Assembly: GCA_964362545.1 (NCBI GenBank)
Contig: CAYIEM010000002.1
Coordinates: forward strand, 1-58,184
Direction: 5' to 3'
Length of the DNA stretch: 58,184 nucleotides
Source: an uncultured Candidatus Saccharibacteria bacterium
GTDB lineage: Bacteria; Patescibacteriota; Minisyncoccia; Phycocordibacterales; UBA9973
Shown one piece after another: positions 53,191-58,184 of this stretch. The notes under the pieces are model-generated. The model did no database searches and was not told the DNA's origin. It saw only the letters and a program-made list of their open reading frames with translations. The position numbers and the translations under genes are program-made. Each line of letters starts with the position of its first letter. Within the stretch, counting starts at the first letter, position 1.

Positions 53191-54495
53191 TTATATCACA
53201 TTCGTAGTGTCGTATTTAATACTCGGAGATTTAATGGTTATACCCACGGCGTTTTCGAGCACCTCTTCCACAAGATTGTTCGGAGTCCCGGCCGGAATCA
53301 CCACATATTCGCCGGTACCAAGTGTCACGGGTTCTTCGCCGATGTGTCCTCGTATTTTGCCCTTGATAATAAGGGTATATTCCGTAGATGAAAAATGTTT
53401 TTTTCTTTCGTGTAAAACGTGCTCGTCTTTGGTAAATGCCCAGTATTTCATATAGAAGTCTCCGTTCTTTTCTAAATCTCCATCTCTCAGGTGATCAAGG
53501 TTGCCGAAGATGTGGACTGAATCCCGAATGCCCGGCTGATCGCTTTTTATTAATTCGAAAAAATCTTTCTCAGTTTTTCCTTTTTTATATTTTATTCCGT
53601 TTATCTTTATGGCAGAATTATATATCCCAACTCCTAAAAACGACAATGCTACGCCTGCCAGGAAAAGAAGAGTGATTTTCTCGGAAAGAAAAAAGTAAGA
53701 AAGGATGAAAGTCGCGAAGGGTTGCAGGTATAGTATCATCGAGGCCATTACCGGCGTCGCTTTTTTTACAATAATCTGATGCAAGAGATAGTAGATGGCA
53801 GTGCAAAAAACAGCTACAAAAAGAAGTGACCAGTACGCACCAGTAGAAACGCCCTCCCACCAGCGAGGACTGTTGAAAAAATCCAAAACGGACAAGAAAA
53901 GCATGCAAAACGCAGTAGTCAAAATAAAATAATTGTTTATTTGCATCGGTGTGTATTCGGCTTGGATTTTTTTGGAAAGCACCCAATACAGCGAGATAGA
54001 AAGCATAGCTAGGAAAATTATTAGATTCCCGTAAAGTGAACTGCCGTCGCTACCACCCGAGATAAGGGGTAAAAAAACTACAAACCCCGCTCCCAAAAAA
54101 CCTATGACTATACCCATTATTTTCCGAGCATCGAATTTTTCTTTCAGAAAGTAAAAAGAAAAAACCGCCGAGAAGATGGGGACAGCGGTGTAAATTACCT
54201 GACCTATGTTGGCCGTAGTGTGTTTAATACCAAACGCAAACAACACCACATTGGCAGAGGCCAACAACGAAAGAAGGATTATTTTGTAATCCTTCTTTCT
54301 GAAAGCGGGCAGGGATTTAATAGAAAACGGTATTAGGAAAACAAAGGCAACCAGGAATCGAAGAAAAGTAAAAGAAAAAGGCGGTATCTCACGCAAAGCG
54401 ATTTTTCCAAAGACTCCTGCCCCTGCGCCCAAAAGCGCAGCGACCAATATTAACGATAAGATAAAAAGATTATTTTTCTGGAATAGGAAGCTCAT
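53191..54495 (-). CDS. EamA/DMT-family transporter fused to a C-terminal cupin domain
   Basis: About 10 TM helices over aa 1-300 in two EamA halves. A soluble tail follows with HERKKHFSSTEYTLIIKGKIRGHIGEEPVTLGTGEYVVIPAGTPNN (cupin_2-like). Confidence 0.7.
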   Translation of the reverse strand: MSFLFQKNNLFILSLILVAALLGAGAGVFGKIALREIPPFSFTFLRFLVAFVFLIPFSIKSLPAFRKKDYKIILLSLLASANVVLFAFGIKHTTANIGQVIYTAVPIFSAVFSFYFLKEKFDARKIMGIVIGFLGAGFVVFLPLISGGSDGSSLYGNLIIFLAMLSISLYWVLSKKIQAEYTPMQINNYFILTTAFCMLFLSVLDFFNSPRWWEGVSTGAYWSLLFVAVFCTAIYYLLHQIIVKKATPVMASMILYLQPFATFILSYFFLSEKITLLFLAGVALSFLGVGIYNSAIKINGIKYKKGKTEKDFFELIKSDQPGIRDSVHIFGNLDHLRDGDLEKNGDFYMKYWAFTKDEHVLHERKKHFSSTEYTLIIKGKIRGHIGEEPVTLGTGEYVVIPAGTPNNLVEEVLENAVGITIKSPSIKYDTTNVI

Positions 54496-54877
54496 GCGAA
54501 TGAGAATCTACAGAAAAAGGACCGGCCCCTAATAAAGAAAGTGTCAAAGCAGCCACAGCAAGCCCCATGTCCCGAACACCCGTAGCCGAAAACCCGATCG
54601 AGGAAGCAATAATAAATAAATGAATAGACAACAGCAAAGCCACGATGTTTGTGCGTACACCAAGCAAAAGCAGTATTGCGGCTATAATCTCGAATATTCC
54701 GTTTGCGTATATCAGATGAATCTGAGATATAGGAAGTGCCGAAACCCAATCTGGAAGAAAGCTGACCCATCTTGCCGCATCCTGCAATTGGTTAGTGCCA
54801 AACCAAATAAAGACAAAAGCCAAACCAAAACGAAGTATAAGCGGAGCAAATTTATTTAAACGTTGAAAATATTTCAT
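54470..54877 (-). CDS. DoxX-family membrane protein
   Basis: LILRFGLAFVFIWFGTNQL and four TM helices. I use the ATG at 54877, 7 nt after the upstream stop; the track start is 54904. Confidence 0.7.
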   Translation of the reverse strand: MKYFQRLNKFAPLILRFGLAFVFIWFGTNQLQDAARWVSFLPDWVSALPISQIHLIYANGIFEIIAAILLLLGVRTNIVALLLSIHLFIIASSIGFSATGVRDMGLAVAALTLSLLGAGPFSVDSHSHELPIPEK

Positions 54878-54884
54878 AAACTTA

Positions 54885-55487
54885 TTATTGAGCACCAACT
54901 TCATTAAAAGTTACTCCCCTGGGCAAAGCAAACTTGTCCAAGCCTACTGTCCAAGCCACGCAATTATAATCCCCGATTTGTTCGGCGTTCCAAGAGTAGG
55001 TGCCGCTAGTGTCTGCTTTTGTGTCGCCTGTAGCAGTTTTTTCAACCTTCATTTTGAAACCTGTGTTTGGTAAGGCTGAAGACCAGGTGTATGAATACCC
55101 TTCTCGGAAAATAAAAGAAGTGTCCATCTTTCTCCCTTCCGCGATAGTCGTGAAATCACCTCGGATTCTTTCTCCATCAATATAAACCGTTCCACTATTG
55201 TCCATATCACTCAGAGCTTGCTTGACTTCGCATTTGTATGAACCGCCATTTTTAATGAATTCATTAAAGGCCATTTTTTTACTGCTTGGTTGTTCTGTCG
55301 TCGAAACAGTAATTTCTGGTTCGTCACTAGTAGTTTCAGTAGCTTCTTCGTTGGTATTTTTAGTTTCTTCTTGAACGACAGTCTTTTCTTCAACTTCTGG
55401 AGTCTGTTCCTTATTTAAACCCAAGGCGAAATATCCACCTATTAACGCTAATATCGCCACCACTACTCCCAATAATGTTTTTGACAT
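54885..55487 (-). CDS. Membrane-anchored hypothetical protein
   Basis: N-terminal TM helix, E/T-rich linker, then a globular domain of about 130 aa. TTACAA-16-TAATAT ends 9 nt upstream of the ATG. Confidence 0.55.
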   Translation of the reverse strand: MSKTLLGVVVAILALIGGYFALGLNKEQTPEVEEKTVVQEETKNTNEEATETTSDEPEITVSTTEQPSSKKMAFNEFIKNGGSYKCEVKQALSDMDNSGTVYIDGERIRGDFTTIAEGRKMDTSFIFREGYSYTWSSALPNTGFKMKVEKTATGDTKADTSGTYSWNAEQIGDYNCVAWTVGLDKFALPRGVTFNEVGAQ

Positions 55488-55677
55488 GATTTTTATATAT
55501 TACCAATAATGTCGTCCATTGTAACACAAAGTTTATTTTTTTACCTAATCTAAAAGATTTTTTAATTTTCGCACCAATAATGCTTTGGCTATATCCGTAA
55601 ATATCCCACAGTCATCCTCCAAAACTCCGAACCCGTGTGAATATATTATGATGTGCTTGTTCTTTAGTTGTACCATT

Positions 55678-56121
55678 TTATAATTCCCTGATCCCCTCGT
55701 AAAAACTTCTGCTTAGGTAACATTTGACAGCCAAAAGACTTGCGTCAAAATGGGGTTGAGGGAGTTCTTTCGGATCTACCCAAATCCATTCCTCGCATTT
55801 TGCTGGCTCCATAAGTTTCAATTCGCCGGAAAACTTTTTCACTAACAAAATCACGGAGACGTAATGTTTCTTCTCTTCTTTGAAAGTTTCTAAATTATTA
55901 CTAACGGCAATAACCTTTGGATCAAAAATATCCAAATTGGTTTCTTCTTTGATTTCTCGGACAACCCCTGCCTCAAATGTCTCACCCAGACCCAACTTCC
56001 CTCCAGGAATAGAGTATTTCAGGGCGGCATGACTCCCTTTTCGCTTGCCAACCAAAATATTACCGTCTTCATTGACGATAACCACTCCCAGACCCACCCC
56101 CGGATATTTTATATCTTCCAT
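55678..56121 (-). CDS. NUDIX hydrolase (MutT-like)
   Basis: Nudix box GGKLGLGETFEAGVVREIKEETNL. 147 aa. Confidence 0.85.
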   Translation of the reverse strand: MEDIKYPGVGLGVVIVNEDGNILVGKRKGSHAALKYSIPGGKLGLGETFEAGVVREIKEETNLDIFDPKVIAVSNNLETFKEEKKHYVSVILLVKKFSGELKLMEPAKCEEWIWVDPKELPQPHFDASLLAVKCYLSRSFYEGIREL

Positions 56122-56128
56122 AACTTAA

Positions 56129-56839
56129 TTATATGCTATTTTTATACAACTCGGCAGTAGCTAAAGAATGACTGCAAATAGCATATTGCTTGAAGAAATC
56201 GCAGTCACACGACCATTGTCCCTCGTTTTGTAAAATAAGGGTCCTTGTGCCGTGTTCCGAATTTAATATTATTTTGTCATTTTGTTTTACGAATCTAACC
56301 GGCTCGTTTATATAATTCCTGGCTTTTTCAATTTTTCTTGGTAATTGTCGTACAAATTCCGTCCTGCCATCTCTATTTTCTACCGAAATCTCAACTAAAA
56401 TAATGTCATCACGTTTTTTAATATCTTCTATGAAGCTATCCTCGAATATTTCAGAGACAGTCATGATGCAAGTGTTTTGAGAATTTAAAAACTTTAGAAC
56501 CAGTCCTTTAAATTTTTCCGAAAAAAGTTGCATTTGGCCGACTTCGTCTAAATACAAGATATCTTCGTCGCCAAAATTGAAAACCTCTGTGATCAGTGGC
56601 TCTAAATTTTGCACATTCACAAAATATCTAGCAACTTTAAATGGAGTTTTGAAATCTAGATGAGAAAGCACTGCTTTATGTTCAAGATGTGTGACCACCT
56701 CAAAACCCACTCGTTTATTCTCTTCAAGAATTTCGTTCGTAACAAAACCAACCCTAAAAGGAATATCTGAAATAACTTTCTTTAAAAGTGTTGTTTTTCC
56801 GCTTTTAGGTAATCCTGTTATCAAAATATTTTTCCGCAT
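56129..56839 (-). CDS. THEP1-type P-loop NTPase fused to a C-terminal SWIM zinc finger
   Basis: ITGLPKSGKTTLL, GFVTNEILEENKRVGFEV, YLDEVGQMQLFSEKF (NTPase_1/THEP1 pattern). C-terminal SCDCDFFKQYAICSH fits CxCx9CxH (SWIM). Confidence 0.7.
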   Translation of the reverse strand: MRKNILITGLPKSGKTTLLKKVISDIPFRVGFVTNEILEENKRVGFEVVTHLEHKAVLSHLDFKTPFKVARYFVNVQNLEPLITEVFNFGDEDILYLDEVGQMQLFSEKFKGLVLKFLNSQNTCIMTVSEIFEDSFIEDIKKRDDIILVEISVENRDGRTEFVRQLPRKIEKARNYINEPVRFVKQNDKIILNSEHGTRTLILQNEGQWSCDCDFFKQYAICSHSLATAELYKNSI

Positions 56840-56845
56840 ATCTAA

Positions 56846-57391
56846 TTAGATAGTTTGTTCCCTCTTCTGTAACATGAGAATATCATATCCTAAAAATACA
56901 CGGTCTTCGCGTTTCACACCGATTGACTCAAAAAATTTAAACATTTCCTCTTGTATTGTTTTCACATCTCCAGTTTCGGTAAGTTTCTCCATCTCAATGA
57001 AACTCCCTAAATCTTCAACTTCGTCAATGCAAATCTCGCAACCATCAAAATGAGTTTTCACTCTTGTCTTATTCACCTGAACAGCTTCCCTGTATCCCAT
57101 AAGAAAAAGGGCTTGTTCCATCTCCCCTTTGGAACTTATCTCAACCTCATGCTCTGTCGCTTCAAGATTGCCGTCTCTCTTCTTAAGAGTGAAGAAAACT
57201 TTTTTATTGTCATTCACTCGGATTCGAAGAAATACGTCATTGGCGCAAAATTCTTTCAACGAGCCAACATTTTTCACGTATACTATATCTTCTTGTTTTA
57301 TCATCGGACCAAAGACACAATCTAAGGCCTTCAGCCTTTCCATTATTCCTTCTCGATTTACCAGTTTTGCTTTGATTTCTATTTCCTTCAT
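56846..57391 (-). CDS. CYTH-domain protein (class IV adenylate cyclase / triphosphate tunnel metalloenzyme)
   Basis: N-terminal EIEIKAK (ExExK), LRIR, TLKK, EHEVEI and CIDEVEDLGSFIEME match the CyaB/ThTPase tunnel pattern. Confidence 0.8.
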   Translation of the reverse strand: MKEIEIKAKLVNREGIMERLKALDCVFGPMIKQEDIVYVKNVGSLKEFCANDVFLRIRVNDNKKVFFTLKKRDGNLEATEHEVEISSKGEMEQALFLMGYREAVQVNKTRVKTHFDGCEICIDEVEDLGSFIEMEKLTETGDVKTIQEEMFKFFESIGVKREDRVFLGYDILMLQKREQTI

Positions 57392-57423
57392 TGTTTTAGT
57401 ATATATAATTAATTTTCCAACTT

Positions 57424-57452
57424 GTTTCCGCTAGGTCTTGCCTAGCGGAAAC
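57424..57452. terminator. Perfect 12-bp hairpin GTTTCCGCTAGG-TCTTG-CCTAGCGGAAAC between tRNA-Gln and the CYTH gene
   Basis: Read directly. No clean U-tract on either strand. Confidence 0.45.
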
Positions 57453-57470
57453 TACTAAACTTCTATTTCT

Positions 57471-57544
57471 TGGCTGGGAGACTTGGAATCGAACCAAGAT
57501 TAAGAGCTTCAAAGGCTCCGGTCCTACCGTTAGACGATCTCCCA
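57471..57544 (-). tRNA. tRNA-Gln (anticodon UUG), CCA encoded
   Basis: The reverse complement folds as TGGGAGA-TC-GTC/TAACGGTAG/GAC-C-GGAGC/CTTTGAA/GCTCT-TAAT-CTTGG/TTCGATT/CCAAG-TCTCCCA-G-CCA. U1-A72 and G73 are typical of bacterial tRNA-Gln. Confidence 0.9.
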
Positions 57545-57666
57545 ATATATATATAAACGATATTTGAAAACATGGAAAATATACCATAAAACAAGTCTCT
57601 ACTCAATTAAGCCAAATGAAAGTTAAAAGTAATTATTTACTTCAACTCATTTACATATGTCATAGA

Positions 57667-57840
57667 TTATTCATTCTTTTCATCTTTCTTACATGCATGA
57701 GTAATTTTTTCCTTACAAAGGCGGCATACTGAGACTAGCTTCTCACAAATAGAACATTTAACTACATCATCCCAGATATGTGCTTTGCCATCTAGACAAA
57801 ACGTATGTTCCTGTTTATACAATTTTTTTTCCATAGACAT
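57667..57840 (-). CDS. Small (57 aa) Cys-rich protein, not in the ORF track
   Basis: MSMEKKLYKQEHTFCLDGKAHIWDDVVKCSICEKLVSVCRLCKEKITHACKKDEKNE with 6 Cys, including C-x2-C and C-x2-C pairs. Confidence 0.35.
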   Translation of the reverse strand: MSMEKKLYKQEHTFCLDGKAHIWDDVVKCSICEKLVSVCRLCKEKITHACKKDEKNE

Positions 57841-57898
57841 AAATAATTAATAAAAATTTGTAAATGCGGTTGCAATAATAATTATTGCACAATTATTC

Positions 57899-58161
57899 TT
57901 ATTCCTTGCCTATTATATTTACTAACGCAAGCTCAAGCGGAAGTTCGGAAATGAAAGCGCGGTCGATGTCGCTATAGGCTTCTAGCAGTATCGCCAGAGT
58001 GGAAGAATGAAACATTTCGGGATTATCTTTTACCAAACCTTTCAAAAAAACCAAATCTTCTTCTCCCAAATCCCCCGCCAGCTCCTTTTCCAATTTCGGC
58101 ACGTATTTCAAAATGACCGCCATGCGAAATTTTTCTATAATAAGTTGGAGTAGAGCTTCAT
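57899..58161 (-). CDS. 3' fragment of a gene truncated by the contig end; possibly a DNA polymerase III gamma/tau (dnaX)-like C-terminal domain
   Basis: The frame stays open upstream of the track Met (58123) up to the adapter: ...YEALLQLIIEKFRMAVILKY...LLEAYSDIDRAFISELPLELALVNIIGKE. The functional call is weak. Confidence 0.4.
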
Positions 58162-58184
58162 AGATCGGAAGAGCGTCGTGTAGG
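58162..58184. other. Illumina TruSeq adapter sequence (AGATCGGAAGAGCGTCGTGTAGG) at the window end; non-biological
   Basis: Exact match to the first 23 nt of the standard read-2 adapter-trimming sequence AGATCGGAAGAGCGTCGTGTAGGGAAAGAGTGT. Confidence 0.95.

Noticed and set aside
1-58184. Alternative genetic code (UGA reassigned, as in some CPR lineages)
   Set aside because: Long family-recognisable ORFs are uninterrupted under the standard code. Several end at TGA at sensible positions, for example 35196..35198 for the GT2 and 20449..20451 for the cytidylyltransferase.
1-58184. CRISPR array, rRNA genes, additional tRNAs, reverse transcriptase/DGR
   Set aside because: I found no regularly spaced direct repeats, no rRNA-like conserved stretches and no further T-loop/acceptor combinations besides tRNA-Gln. 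No RT-like ORF is present either. This was a visual scan only, so small elements could have been missed.

Overview
58.2-kb window with a low-GC backbone: hand-counted 60-nt lines give roughly 22-35% G+C. The gene content looks like a small-genome Patescibacteria/CPR-type bacterium; that assignment is inference from content, not a search. ORFs are intact under the standard code with TGA as stop. There is no rRNA and no CRISPR, and I found one tRNA. Layout: (1) 1-12.5 kb is a housekeeping and cell-wall block: mreB fragment, holB-like, frr, rseP-like, mraY, ftsW, murG, gltX, M23 peptidase, rpmA, rplI, S41 peptidase. (2) 12.8-16.6 kb holds three tandem secreted proteins that share an unclassified repeat module. 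(3) 16.6-17.4 kb is a hairpin-rich intergenic region plus a truncated transposase-like HTH ORF. (4) 17.5-27.5 kb is a visibly higher-GC island with phosphomannomutase, two GH8 glucanases, a TagD-like cytidylyltransferase, a GT-C/LysM protein, a PilZ-less BcsA-like synthase, a flippase-like protein and a GtrB/ArnC-like GT2. (5) 27.6-35.7 kb is a surface and polysaccharide block. It contains a cohesin-like anchor next to a dockerin-bearing CE4 deacetylase, a 612-aa acidic/PKD/PG-binding protein, a GH26-like hydrolase and a PgaC-like GT2. A shared GGACAT-type element sits upstream of the two divergent operons. (6) 35.8-41.8 kb is a type IV pilus cluster: pilB, pilC, four minor pilin-like genes (one fused to LVIVD repeats) and a major pilin. 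(7) 41.8-58.2 kb holds PBP2, a 30-Cys zinc-ribbon protein flanked by related palindromes, a MacAB-like pump, an MsbA-like exporter, an EamA-cupin fusion, DoxX, a CYTH / NTPase-SWIM / NUDIX operon next to tRNA-Gln, and a truncated terminal ORF. The last 23 nt of the window are Illumina adapter sequence. Many start codons lie only 6-9 nt downstream of a (TGn)TAnAAT box, which suggests widespread leaderless transcription.
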